The translations under genes were made by a program, and so were the position numbers. A model generated the notes under the pieces. It had not been told where the DNA came from. It was given only the letters and a program-made list of their open reading frames with translations, and ran no database searches. This document shows, in pieces, positions 1 to 12,600 of a stretch of DNA of 64,000 bases. The stretch's first letter is position 1, and each line of letters begins with the position of its first letter. Origin of the DNA: Leucoraja erinacea (lineage: Eukaryota). Location of the stretch: assembly GCF_028641065.1 (NCBI RefSeq), contig NC_073387.1:3162001-3226000 (forward strand), given 5' to 3'.

Positions 1-544
1 TCACCTATTAACAGCGTGAGATGACAACGTTCCACAGCCAGGAAGGGGAGCAACTAAAAGACTCTGGTTACAAAGTGGGAATGTTAAAATCTCACTGAGA
101 AAATGGACATGTTAGAAACAAAGTGTAGAAGGAGTTAGTGCTCAACATCCCGTGAGAAGGTTTGGAATGCTGCACATCCAAGGGAAGGAAAGAGGGAATG
201 GGTTCAATTCCATGCAGAGCAAAGGGACAGGAATTAAACCCTCAACCCAGAGAATGATTAAAAGAAAGGCCAGCATGTCTGGAGAGGGAATAATTGCAAC
301 GCATGTGCTCAACATTCCTTCAAATGAAAACGAAGAATGCTGGAGACACTCAGCAGGTCAGGCAGCCTCTGTGAAGAGAGAAACAGAGTTAGTGTTTCAG
401 TTCAAAGACCCTCCTCTGGAGCTGGAGAGAGTTAGAGATGAGAGAAGCTTCAATTTGGAGAAAAGGAAGGATGGGTAGAGAGAACAGAGGCAAGGGTCTG
501 TAGGAAAGACTGTGTGTGTAAAAACTCATGAGAGAAATAAATGC

Positions 545-856
545 ACAGTTTCTTGCCCCGAGTAGGTGAAGAGGACTAAGGTTTAAGGTGAAGGTGAAAA
601 GATTTAATAGGAATCTGAGGGGTAACTTTTTCACACAAAGGGTGGTGGGTGTGTGGAACAAGCTGCCAGAGGAGGTAGTTGTGGCAGGGACCATCCCAAC
701 ATTTAAGAAACAGCTAGACAGGTAAATGGATAGGACAGGTTTAGAGGGATATGGACAAATGCAGACAGATAGGACTAGTGTAGCTGGGACATGTTGGCTG
801 GTGTAGGCAAGTTGACCAAAGAGCCTGTTTCCACACTGTATCACTCTATGACTCTA
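545..856 (+). mobile_element. CR1 3' fragment
   Basis: RGNFFTQRVV-coding segment and GGGCCTGTTTCC-like terminal region. Confidence 0.85.
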
Positions 857-3019
857 ATGTACAGATACTGCCTGATCTGTGTTTGATTTGATGTCGGGGT
901 TTTTACTTTGGACGCCTTATATTCCCCTCCGTGTGGTTATATGGGCGTGCAATGGGGATGCTAAATTGGGTTACAATGTCTGTACTGAGAGGGAACAGTT
1001 ATACTGTGCTGAGTGAGGCGGAGAGAGGAAGCTAGAGCACCCATGGATCAGCTGGAGGTGAATACCCACAGAGTAACTTCTCCCGGTTGCTCACTGGTGC
1101 CTCCTGCTGGTAGGTCACGGGCACGGCGATGGTCACAGGAGTTAGTAGGCAGGGGAGTGGAACGGCAAACAAGAATTGACATGGAGCTTGGAGAGGAGAG
1201 TAGCAGAGAAAAGCCAAGAAAATGGCAAACGGGTGGTTTAGAAGAGGAGGCTTGTTGCTTGCTGTGCAGACTAAAGCTGGAGAGATATCCTTGTGTGTTC
1301 TGCTAACCCCCTGCACAGGTATCTACCTGGGAGTCCCACTGAGACGCGAGTCTCCTGGGAGGATGTTATGAAAAGTAATCAATAGCCACTTTATGCTGTC
1401 TAGTGTCTACAGTCAAACAAAGGCAGGCAATTGCTTTGTGGTTTCAGATATCCAATGCTGAGTTTGAGAGTCAGAAATCAAATTGCGAAGTGATAGAGAA
1501 GGCCTGTGGCTCTTGTTCAGGACTGTAAAGCCCTGCCTGACTGAAGAAGGAAAATACACCGACTCCCCGCGCCTACAATCGAACCATCCATCACTCTGAT
1601 TGATCGGCTTTGTACATAAAGACCGCTGTCAATTATTCAAACAAGCCGGAACAAGGCCCCGAGGCGTGCAAGGTGACAGCTTTGCAAGTCCCTTACTTTG
1701 TCCTGCTTTGAGTATCAAATTAACAGCACATGATGGAAGAGGATGTCTACACTTGCCGGACCCTGCAATTGCTCCACCGAGACTGTGTCCCCCTTCTTCC
1801 TCTGTTGACCTTTGCTTTGGTGTGACTGCCATCTGGTCCACAAGCTCTCCGCCCGGCGACTGCGGCCGGTGATTCGGGTTTTGTTTTGAAAGTCATCAGT
1901 GTTCTTTCTCTACGATATTAAAGCCCGCGGAGAGGAAAGGGAACAGGTTCTGAATTGAGGCGAGTGCAGGTGCCCTCTGGTGGATATGTGGCAGTGTGCG
2001 TGGCCGCTCTCAACGTTGCCTCTGCACACAGGAAAGATTTCAGCCCAAATCCCGTCTAAATGCTGGATTGTGACCAAACATTGATATTGGGACGGGATAG
2101 AACTGAGTTTAGGAGGGATCTCGGCGATTGAAAATAACTGTCCTATCAAAACAAACATCTCGACGAGCAAAGATGGAGAGGAAAACAAAATAGAAGTGAT
2201 CTCTCTACAAGTTTGTCATAATAGACAAACAAAACTCTGCTTCTTACGGTTAACAAATCAGACCATTTGCACACCCTGCTACCAGTGTCCCCCCCTAACC
2301 ACTGCAACCATCCAGTAACCGGTCCACCCCAGCCTTTTCACCGATCCACTGGCTTCCAACCTATACACATGGGCCTGGGACTGATATCTGTTGTGTGCTG
2401 AACTAGAGATTAATTTTGGCCACTGCCGTTCAACTAAAGATATAACGGTTTTATAGCGTTGCTTGAAGAAACGCAGGTGAATTCTCACTGAAACCTGGCC
2501 AGCGTTATCCCAGAACTAGCGCTCCCCCCCAAACAGATTAGTTATTCTCTTCTCCCTCTGGATGATAGTGGGATCTTTCTCTGTAACCAGCTGGCTGCCA
2601 GATTTTTGCCTTCAGAACAACTTCAAAGTTTGACTTTGAAGCCTGCGGTTTGTTTTGTGGATGTGAGAGACGCGGCGAGGACACACGTTCTCGCCGTCTA
2701 TTCACAAGAACGAAGATAGAGGAGCAATGATTCTGCTTACGTCAGGCCTACCATGTTTACTAGCTCGCTTTGCCTGGCCGCCCGCTGTCCACCAGGCTTG
2801 TACGTGGAGGTGGGCTCAGTGACCGGATTGCCTGTTCTAGCTGCAGAGAGAGTGTAGCTCAGTGGGAAATTGGTCAAGCATCAGACGAATGCCATCCAGT
2901 AACGGCCACAGTGCACCTTATCCCCTGCCTCTCCTGCACTTGCCTCCTACATTCAGTTGATAACTGAGGAGCTCACACCTTCGGCCAGCAATGCGCTGCA
3001 TCTATCAGCCAGTTCTTAC

Positions 3020-3197
3020 CATACTTGTTCCCATCCTCGCCCTTGGCACTGATCCTCCTGCCCAGCACTTGCAGGTGTTTGCCACTAGTGCGACTGTACA
3101 GCTGGTACAGCCGCACATACTTGCGGCTCGTCTCGTCCCTCAGCCTGGTGTGGTTCTCCACGTGAGGCCAGAAGTCCGTGTCCTCCTCCAACGAGGC
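3020..3197 (-). CDS. FGF18: FGF18-like coding exon 3, ASLEEDTDFWPHVENHTRLRDETSRKYVRLYQLYSRTSGKHLQVLGRRISAKGEDGNKY
   Basis: cag|GCC...TATG|gtaag, 178 nt, phase 0 to 1. Contains the RLYQLYSRTSGKH hallmark. RRISAKGEDG and EExxDF resemble FGF18, ENHTR resembles FGF24. Remaining exons not seen and presumed left of the window. Confidence 0.9.
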
Positions 3198-3564
3198 CTG
3201 TGATCAACACCAACACAAGAGCGGCGAGATGTAACACGGCGTGTTTCCCAGCACCAGCACAGCCCCGCAACCCACCCAACTCTTAAAACAAACATTCCCC
3301 AAATCGTGAAACAAAGGTTGCTTGTCCTGCACCTGGGATATGAAAGCAGGCAGCTGGGAGTTCCATTCCTTGTGGCTTCCTCCTTCTGTTGCCGTGGCTC
3401 AGTGGCTGGCATTCTGGCCTCACGCACGGAGACCTGTGGCTTTTGTTCCATTCCAGAGACACCTGCACTCGGTCTGAGCTGCCATGCGTGCAGCACACAG
3501 AGAGAAGGGCCCTGGGTGAAACTTCAAACCTGGGTTCATTTGCCCATTCAGCTGGGATGTGCCA

Positions 3565-3812
3565 CAGAGTCATGGACTCCTAGAGTGATGCAGCGTGGAA
3601 GCGGGCCCTTCGGCCCAACTTGGCCACACCGGCCAACATGTCCCAGCTACACAAGTCCCACCTGCCCTCGTCTGTTCCATGGTTCCTCCAAACCTGTCCT
3701 ATCCATGTACCTGTCTAACTGTTTCTTAAATGCCCCAATTAACTCCTCTGGCAGCTTGTTCCATACACCCACCACCCTTTGTGTGAAAAAGTTACCCCTC
3801 AGATTCCTATCT
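3565..3812 (-). mobile_element. CR1 3' fragment
   Basis: ORF 3647-3859 NFFTQRVVGVWNKLP. Confidence 0.85.
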
Positions 3813-4194
3813 ATATTGTTCTTCCTGCCAGAAGAACCAAATGGGACCAAAGAGTTCAACTGGAGTGTGAGCTAATATTCATCCTGCGGTTAACATTATC
3901 AAGCAGATGGTCTGATGCCACTGCAATTTCAGACATCCCAGAGCACCTGACAGCTAGTGAAGTGTATCTGGAGTGTGCTCCCTGCTGCATCACAGAATGT
4001 GAATGTGCACAGCAACATCCCACAAAGAGCAGCATGGTGGTGGTCATGTAAATACATCTGATGAGTGATCTCCCATTCTGTTTTAAGCAGTCACTTCACC
4101 TAACAGGGGAGAAGGAAACAAGGTTTCTGCCCCTTCCAAAAGTTGGTACCTTGTGTCTGAAGCAGGATGTGACTCATGACCTGCTGACTGAGAG

Positions 4195-4762
4195 GAGATG
4201 GATAGGACAGGTTTGAAGGGACATGAACCAAATACTGGCAGGTGGGACTAGTGTAGCTAGGACATTGTTGGCCGGTGCGGGCAAGTTGGGCCGAAGGTCC
4301 TGTTTCCACGCTGTATTCGGCTTGTACTCGCTAGAATTTTGAAGATTGAGGGCGGATCTTATAGAAACATACAAAATTCTTAAGGGGTTGGACAGGCTAG
4401 ATGCAGTAAGATTGTTCCCAATGTTGGGGAGGTCCAGAACAAGGGGTCACAGTTTAAGGATAAGGGGGAAATCTTTTAGGACCGAGATGAGAAAAACATT
4501 TTTCACACAGAGAGTGGTGAATCTGTGGAATTCTCTACCACAGAAGGTAGTTGAGGCCAGTTCATTGGCTATATTTAAGAGGGAATTAGATGTGGCACCT
4601 TGTGGCTAAACGCATCAGGGGGTATGGAGAGAAGGCAGGTACAGGATACGGAGTTGGATGATCAGCCATGATCATATTGAATGGCGGTGCAGGCTCGAAG
4701 AGCCGAATGGCCTACTCCTGCACCTATTTTCTATGTTTCTATGTATCACTCTATGACTCTAT
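4195..4762 (+). mobile_element. Two nested CR1 3' fragments
   Basis: An older CR1 tail (4195-4313, resuming near 4743) split by a younger CR1 fragment (ORF 4346-4609 DLIETYKILKG...FFTQRVV). Confidence 0.8.
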
Positions 4763-5602
4763 GTGAGGCACTACCCTCTGAGGCATGAGCGGACAACATT
4801 GCACATGCCAAGCAGTTGTCTCTGCTGGTTTTACACTTAGAAAGTTGCATTTGTGTTATTGCAAACTCCCTGTTGTGTCCAGTGCACTTCACTGTTTCAC
4901 TCTGTCTAAAATTATTGTTGGATTTCAATCTAAACTTTGGTCTGATGGTTTGTTCATTCATCCAATTACTAATCGGTTGCAGCTGGTGTTACATTGAACC
5001 ATCTCCGGGCCCCAGTGACAATGGCTGCAGCAATCCGGTCCAAACCCAAGCTCTTGGGGTGAAGGGAGACAGATTCTTGGTGGCAGGGTCTATGAAATCT
5101 GCTCGTGGGACTGACTCCCTCTGAAAATGTCGGGTGTAAGGGAAGCCAAAAGAGCCATCAATGTGTCCTAAAACGAACTGCTGAGATTTTTAAATCAGTT
5201 TCAAACGCTGATGAATTTTAAATCAAATTATTTACTTTTGCAGCATTTCACTGCAGATGGACTGTGGATTAAGTTCTGAAACCATCATACTCGATAATGT
5301 TGAAAAAAATAGCATTGGATTTTCTCGGTACAATTTCTTTGAGTCACTGTTCATGCTAATATTGCCCCAGAGAATGTGAGTGGGAGCCATCGTTTTAGTC
5401 CTGTTTGATACATCTCAATTGCGAGTTGGTGCAGTACAGATCAAAAGTTATAGGAACCCCCCCCCCCAAAAAAGGGCAACAAATTTCTGTCTGTGAAACC
5501 TGACAGACTTGCTGCTCACTGTCACTGTCACCTTTAATTGCAGGTTTACTTAAGCAGCCCAGGGGTGGCGGTGAGATTTAAACCGACCAGCACCTACATA
5601 GA

Positions 5603-6307
5603 AGGTAGACAAAAGTGCTGGAGAAACTCAGCGGGTGCAGCAGCATCTATGGAGTGAAGGAAATAGGGCGGAAACGTTGCCTATTTTCTTCGCTCCATAG
5701 ATGCTGCTGCACCCGCTGAGTTTCTCCAGCACTTTTGTCTACCTTTGATTTTCCAGCATCTGCAGTTCCTTCTTAAGCACCTACACAGATACGTCTTGGA
5801 GAAGGAAGTCAATCTCTTTCGGGGGAGTATAGATTTAAGTAGGCGTAGGAAGCAACTGCAGATGCTGGTTTAAACCGAAGGTAGACACAAACAAGCTGGA
5901 GTAACTCAGCGGGTCAGGCAGCATCTCTGGCGAGAAGGAATAGGTGGCGTTTTACAGTCGAGACCTGAAGAAGGGTCTCGACCCGAAACGTCACCTATTC
6001 CTTTTTATCCAGAGACGCTACCAAGCCCGCCAAATTACTACCTTCGGTTTAAACCAGCATCTGCAGTTCCTTCTTACACTATATGTCATTTATTATTATG
6101 TCATTTTATACCCGATACTGTGTTTTTGTTTAAGAAGGAACTGCAGATGCTGGAAAATTGAAGGTAGACAAAAATGCTGGAGAAACTCAGCGGGTGCAGC
6201 AGCATCTATGGAGCGAAGGAGATAGGCAACGTTTCGGCCCGAAACGTTGCCTATTTCCTTCGCTCCATAGATGCTGCTGTACCCGCTGAGTTTCTCCAGC
6301 ATTTTGG
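5603..6307. mobile_element. Cluster of three Penelope-derived foldback repeats (5603-5775, 5845-6078, 6126-6307)
   Basis: Inverted arms of TGCTGGAG(T/A)AACTCAGCGGG..GCAGCATCT. The first copy has a duplication AGCACCTACA(T/C)AGA. The same sequence abuts GIY-YIG fragments elsewhere in the window. Confidence 0.75.
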
Positions 6308-6584
6308 TCTGCTGTGTTTCTATTTGTCGGTTGCTTTGTGCACTAGTATAGATTGCAAGTTCTTCCTGGTTTCATGTACAAAGCGTGAAGGGCAAGTGCC
6401 TCACACCGGTGACCCTCCAGCTGGCTATTGGGTTGTTTTCGTGAGAAACGGACAAAATGTTCGTCACCCTACCGGCTGCATGTTCGGAGTCCTGCATGCG
6501 GGGCCAGGACACGAAGCAGCGGAGAGAGAACCGCTGGGCGGGGAGGAACGGGGAGCGCACTCTACATTCTCGCCTTCCCTGGGG

Positions 6585-6830
6585 TGTTTCACATAGAGAG
6601 TGGTGAATCTCTGGAACTCTCTGCCACAGAGGGTAGTTGAGGCCAATTCATTGGCTATATTTAAGAGGGAGTTAGATGTGGCCCTTGTGGCTAAGGGGAT
6701 CAGGGGGTATGGAGAGAAGGCAGGTACGGGATACCGAGTTGGATGATCAGCCATGATCATATTGAATGGCGGTGCAGGCTCGAAGGGCCGAATGGCCTAC
6801 TCCTGCACCTAATTTCTATGTTCTATGTTT
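6585..6830 (+). mobile_element. CR1 3' fragment
   Basis: Same young-subfamily tail as 4320-4745. Confidence 0.85.
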
Positions 6831-7659
6831 ATGTCCGAGTTGTGGGGGAGAGCGCGGAGGATTGCCCTGCGAGCAATGTTTGCAGGCAACCCGTGTGCTG
6901 CCCGCCCGCAGTCTCTCAACCCGTGTGCGCCCCCCTTCTCGTCTTGAAGGAGCTACATTTACACAGTGGCTGAAAATGCCCTTGTTTCGGCCGAGCCTGT
7001 CGAGCGGGGCAGGTGCTGATGTGCGCGTCTTGTGGAACCTCACCTCGTCGTATCTACCTCCTAGTTTCGCAATGTTAGTGTTCTTTCCGCTAGCACCAGT
7101 TCAAGGGAAGATGGACACAAATTGCTGGCGTGACCCAGTGGGACAGGCAGCATCTCCGGAGAGAAGGAATGGGTGGCGTTTCGGGTCGAGGCACTTCTTC
7201 AGACTTCCCTCGGCGGCAGCAAGAAAGGTCGCCGCCGTGAAGTGGTGGAGGAGGGAGTTTCTGATCGATAAGCGACTCCTGACTGAAGCAACCGGTCACA
7301 TCTGGAAAATCCGAGTTACAACCCCCCCCCCCCCCCCCCCCCCCTCCTCCCCTCTCTGTGTTTAGGACGTCTATTTCGCTCCGTAAGGCGCACCATCTTT
7401 ACAATCGACAATCCAAACGATAGCACAAAACCTCAAGCCAAGTAAAGATGACAACCTCTTTATGGAAATACAATGGAAATATTTAGATTGTAGCTTAAAA
7501 CACTTTTGTAGACTCGGCTGTCGAGGAGTCCAATTTTGGAAACTAACATTCCCACGTCAGCGCCTTATTCCAATTTATTAAACACATATCTCCAACCCAG
7601 TCAAATAATCGCAGTTCCACTATGCCAGTAAAGTGTAAACTGCTAAATAAAGTCCTTAC

Positions 7660-7696
7660 CTCGATTCCAAAGCGTAGTAGCCACACGTGTAAACAT
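7660..7696 (-). CDS. FGF18: FGF18-like coding exon 2, (L)CLHVWLLRFGIE, signal peptide
   Basis: ttcag|ATGTTTACAC...ATCGAG|gtaagg, 37 nt, the characteristic FGF8/17/18 micro-exon (FGF18 CLHFLLLCFQVQ). Frame continues from exon 1 into exon 3. Confidence 0.85.
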
Positions 7697-7842
7697 CTGA
7701 ATGGAAAAATGCAGGAAAAGATCAGTTGGATTCTCCGCAGGTTAAACCTGGCTTAATTTCCTCTTTATTAAAATAAATGAATAACATGAGCATTAAAAAA
7801 CATCCATTAGTCTTAAACGATATAAAGTTCGAAAATGCTTAC

Positions 7843-7874
7843 AGGCAGACGAAGGTTGAATGGACCGGATTCAT
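7843..7874 (-). CDS. FGF18: FGF18-like (FGF8/17/18/24 subfamily) coding exon 1, MNPVHSTFVCL
   Basis: GCAGCC-ATG Kozak context, 32 coding nt ending CT|gtaagc. Size and phase match FGF18 exon 1 (MYSAPSACTCL). Followed by a 146-nt intron. Confidence 0.8.
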
Positions 7875-9250
7875 GGCTGCGACCTGTGGATGGTGTGGGT
7901 GATGAGGCTGGCGGCTCGGCAGCGCTGCAGAGTCGGGCAGGGTGCAGGACTCAGTCGGGGCTGATGCCCAGAGGTGTGTCAGGGCGGGGGCTGCTCTTGC
8001 ACCGAGCCAGTGTGCGCGGGGGCGGGGGGCAGTCGGCTTCTTCTCGGCTTGCACTCAGAGAACCACCCTTCAACCAGCCAGCCCTGCCGAGTGCATCTCT
8101 TGCACGGCGGACGCGACTGCGATCAATCTACCGACCGCGGCGAATATCCGCCTTCACGGCCTTTGCTGGCTCTCAATATCCGAGCATCCGAGCATCAATC
8201 CTTTATCCAGAAAGTCTCTCTACCTTCTGAGTCAGTCGGCGTGTGGGTTTGCAGTGCGAAGCGAAAGTGCTCTCTCTCCGCTCTCCCCGTCNNNNNNNNN
8301 NNNNNNNNNNNNNNNNNNNNNNNNNNNNNNNNNNNNNNNNNNNNNNNNNNNNNNNNNNNNNNNNNNNNNNNNNNNNNNNNNNNNNNNNNNNNNNNNNNNN
8401 NNNNNNNNNNNNNNNNNNNNNNNNNNNNNNNNNNNNNNNNNNNNNNNCTCTCTCACACACACACACGCTGAGGAGGAGGTGGGGAGACACAGAGTGACAG
8501 CTCTCCTCCACGCCAGCCAGGACCCTGCTTGCTTCCCCTCCCGAACAGGCGCTCAGTGCCCTCGTTGGCCGCTTGCTCAGCCAAACATCCTCGCCTTCCC
8601 CCTGCAGCAGCGAGCCAGCCCCTGCAATCCACAGCTCATGGGCGCACCGGCAAACGTCTCCCTGAAGGGACAAGTACTGAATCCTGATCTATCCCGGGAA
8701 TCCCTTCAATTCAGTCGGCAAACCCGGCTCTGGAGTCCCCCGCGTCCCCCGCGTCACCTCCCGTCTCCCCACCACCAGCCTTCCTCACTTTAACAGGGAT
8801 CAGACCATTCCCTCGCCCTGTTCACTGAGCAGTGCGAGTCTTTAGTGTTTGCCTGGTCGCGGGGGTGGGCGAATGAAGCAACGAGGGGAGAGAATCAGTC
8901 GACAGACAACAGACGTGAGAGTGGAGGAAAAACACAGGCTTAACGAGAGAAAGAGAGAAAGAAAGAATAGGCGGAGAGTGTAAAGGAGAAACACAGTCCT
9001 GAGCGGGAAGAGAGAGGTACGCTGGCAGATGAAGGATTCGCTGCTATCTGAATCCCTCCTCCCCGCCAGTCTCGCTATCCACAGCCAGCCCCGTACACCC
9101 ACCCACCTTCCTGTACGGGAAATCAGCGGAGAGACAGATAGCTCGCTATCCAGAGACCCGCACTACAAACGGAGTAACAGCCAACCTCCACGCACGGCGA
9201 CCGACACCTTTCCCTATCGGGTTCCACCGCTATCTGTCGACCCCCCTGTA
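7875..9250 (-). promoter_or_regulatory. CpG-rich 5'UTR/promoter region of the FGF gene
   Basis: GC- and CpG-dense, largely repeat-free stretch directly upstream of the ATG, with a GC box (GGGGCGGGG near 8020). Contains the assembly gap. Confidence 0.6.
8292..8447. other. Assembly gap (156 N)
   Basis: Run of n flanked by CT/CA microsatellite. Confidence 1.
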
Positions 9251-9847
9251 CTGATACATACGTCTACACATATACAGCTCCGTGCACTGTTACCTACACC
9301 GTTGCAATACAAAGGTAGACAAAAAATACTGGAGTAGCTCAGCGGGACAGGCAGCATCTCTGGAGAGAAGGAATAACCCAATTCCGTTACCATACAGCTC
9401 CCCCACTTGCCACCTACACAGTTACCTATAGAGTTCCATGCACTGCTACCTACAGAACTCCCAGGACTTCTACCTACAATGTTCCTAGAGAGCCCCCTAC
9501 ACTGCAACCTACATTTACCCATAGAGCTGCCTGCACTGGTACCTAGCCATTACATATGCAGCTCCCTGCACTCCTACCTACATTGGTCCAGACAGAGCTC
9601 CATATACTTCGACCAACATTGTCACTTGTAGAGCTGCCTGCATAAGCCACCTCCAGTTGCACAGAGCTCCTTTCAGTGCTACCTACAGACTTACCTACAG
9701 ACCTCCGTGCACATCTGCCCACAGTTATCTATGGACTTCCCTGCACAGATACCTGTACCATCACCTAAAGACCTCCCCAAACTGCTGCCTATCATTAATA
9801 ATAATAATAATAAACTTTATTTTGGACTCAAGGTTCAGACAAAGGAC

Positions 9848-11027
9848 ATAGAAACATAGAAATTAGGTGAAGGAGTAGGCCATTCGGCCCTTCGAGCCTG
9901 CACCGCCATTCAATATGATCATGGCTGATCATCCAACTCAGTATCCTGTACCTGCCTTCTCTCCATACACCCTGATCCCTTTAGCCACAAGAGCCACATC
10001 TAACTCCCTCTTAAATATAGCCTATGAACTGGCCTCAACTACCTTCTGTGGCAGAGATTCCAGAGATTCACCACTCTCTGTGTAAAAATGTTTTTTCAAT
10101 CTCGGTCCTAAAAGATTTCCCCCTTAGCCTTAAACTGTGACCCCTTCTTCTGGACTTCCCCAACATCGGGAACAATCTTCCTGCATCTAGCCTGTCCAAC
10201 CCTTTAAGAATTTTGTAAGTTTCTATAAGATCCCCCCTCAATCTTCTAAATTCTAGCGAGTACAAGCCGAGTCTATCCAGTCTTTCTTCATATGAAAGTC
10301 CTGACATCCCAGGAATCAGTCTGGTGAACCTTCTCTGTACTCTCTCTATGGCAAGAATGTCTTTCCTCAGATTAGGAGACCAAAACTGTATGCAATACTC
10401 CAGGTGTGGTCTCACCAAGACCCTGTACAACTGCAGTAGAACCTCCCTGCTCCTATACTCAAATCATTTTGCTATGAATGCAAACATACCATTCGCTTTT
10501 TTCACTGCCTGCTGCACCTGCATGCCTACTTTCAATGACTGGTGTAACATGACACCCAGGTCTCGTTGCATCTCCCCTTTTCCTAATCGGCCATCATTCA
10601 GGTAATAGTCTACTTTCCTGTTTTTGCCACCAAAGTGGATAACCTCACATTTATCCACATTATACTGCATCTGCCATGCATTTTCCCACTCACCCAGCCT
10701 ATCCAAGTCACCTTGCAGCCTCCTAGCATCCTCCTCACAGCTAACACTGCCCCCCAGCTTCGTGTCATCCGTAAACTTGGAGATGGTGCATTTAATTCCC
10801 TCGTCCAAATCTTTAATATATATTGTAAATAGCTGGGGTCCCAGCACTGAGCCTTGCGGTACCCTACTAGTCACTGCCTGCCATTGTGAAAAGGACCCGT
10901 TTACTCCTACTCTTTGCTTCCTGTCTGCCAGCCAGTTCTCTATCCACATCAATACTGAACCCCCAATACCGTGTGCTTTAAGTTTGTATACTAATCTCTT
11001 ATGTGGGACCTTGTCAAAATCTTTCTG
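9848..11027 (-). mobile_element. CR1 LINE 3' fragment nested in the RTE-X-like element
   Basis: ORFs 10464-10952 and 10068-10430 ([15 protein letters not shown]); TTCTATGT tail. Confidence 0.93.
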
Positions 11028-11561
11028 ACATTACATAAAAATGCATTGCATATTAAAAAACATCATAAAATACATATAAAATCTTAGTATATCACTTATA
11101 AAAGCATCATAAATTATATATTAAACAAAAACACAATACATTAATTAAAATCCAGAATAAAAAAGAAAGATCAGTGTCCTACAACGAGACAGCGATACCA
11201 GTGTCTCCACAACTGGGATTCGTAGCGTGTCGTGCTAAACCTTATGATTGACAAGGCCACAATAATTACGTTTTTAGAGTCATTTATCCTGCAAATGCAT
11301 TTATACATATGATTTCTTAGGATAGCTTCTAAAGTACTGACTCCTGCAGCCACAAACATGTTACTAGCACTACACCATCTAGGTTTCCTTAGCAGTGTTC
11401 TCATGTCATAATTATGACACCTTTAGTCTCTGCAAACTTGTCTTTCCATAGTTCGATCACAGGTGCGCAATATATTCTAAATAGCGACATCTTCACCACA
11501 TCTGCACACGCGCCAAACTTACGCTAGAGAATATGCGCCTGTACATACGGCATACATCATT

Positions 11562-12600
11562 TAGGTATGTTACAAAACCTACCTGAATCGTGGCTGAGCA
11601 TCTGCCCCACCCCTTGTGTGTGATTTTGGCGCTGTTTAGAGGGGGCGGGTTTAAAACGCGATTTTTACTAGGCTGTTCCAATCGAAAATGTTCAGCCTAG
11701 TAAATCATTAACGGAAAATCGCTGAAAGACCCCGTCGCAAAAGGTATTATTATTTTTTATGGCCTTGTATAATATTTATAGTAGTTTAAAAATCACTCTC
11801 TCACTGCGCAACCTCTCGCAGCCCCAGGGTTTTATAAAGCAAACAATTAAAGGTATGTACCTTATTTTTACATTAAATGGGGCTTGTGTATAACCCTGTA
11901 TATAAAGTTTTCCTAGGCGAGTAGTTCATTTTGGGCTCTTTATATCCCGCAGTATTTTTCTGGGCACTCGAGGGCACAAATCCAGTGCAATGTGAACGTT
12001 TTAAACCAGCGCGTTCACAGGAACCCAATAGAAAGCCGATTTAAATTGACTTTAATTTACAGAAAATTAACACTAAATTCCTTCCATTTGGCCTATAAAT
12101 TGATGTAAATGAGATTTAAAAATCATGTTTTATTGTAAATTATTTGTGAATATTATTTGGACACTTGGGCTATTTAAAAATGTTAATCATTTATTAAGAA
12201 ATGGATAGATGTTTAGATTCAGTAATTGAAGTTTGAAATTAGCTACAATTGGGTAACTAACTAATTATATGCTTTAATTTCAGGTCATCCAAGTAAGATT
12301 ATTTTATATTTGTTTCAGAATGCTTCAATCTATGATAACTGAAAATTTCATTCAGTTTTCTTAATTTTTAAGAAGGTTATGGGCTTTTGACTGTCCACGA
12401 TCACAGCTTTTTTGTCTTGTCCATAGAAAATTAATAGGGAACAAGATGCTAATTTCCGAGTATGAAAATGGCCATAACTTTTTTATTACTTGAGATATGA
12501 AAGTGAATTATGTGTCAAATTAAACTTATTGTTATGCTTTATCTGATGGAATAAATTGCAGACTTGATTTTTTAAATCTCAAAATTTTGTAACATTGCTA
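11562..12600. mobile_element. Non-autonomous DNA transposon (~1040 bp)
   Basis: Imperfect TIR TAGGTATGTTACAAAA / TTTTGTAACATTGCTA; duplication CATCATT on both sides; splits the RTE-X-like ORF. Confidence 0.75.

Noticed and set aside
1-3019. FGF exons 4 and 5
   Set aside because: No ETDTFGS-, LCMN- or ENNY-type coding sequence found by eye; presumed outside the window
7835-8793. Long overlapping ORFs around the FGF promoter, including an in-frame GTG extension from 8054
   Set aside because: Expected in GC-rich DNA and inflated by the N gap. The ATG at 7874 has a good Kozak context and begins the signal peptide.
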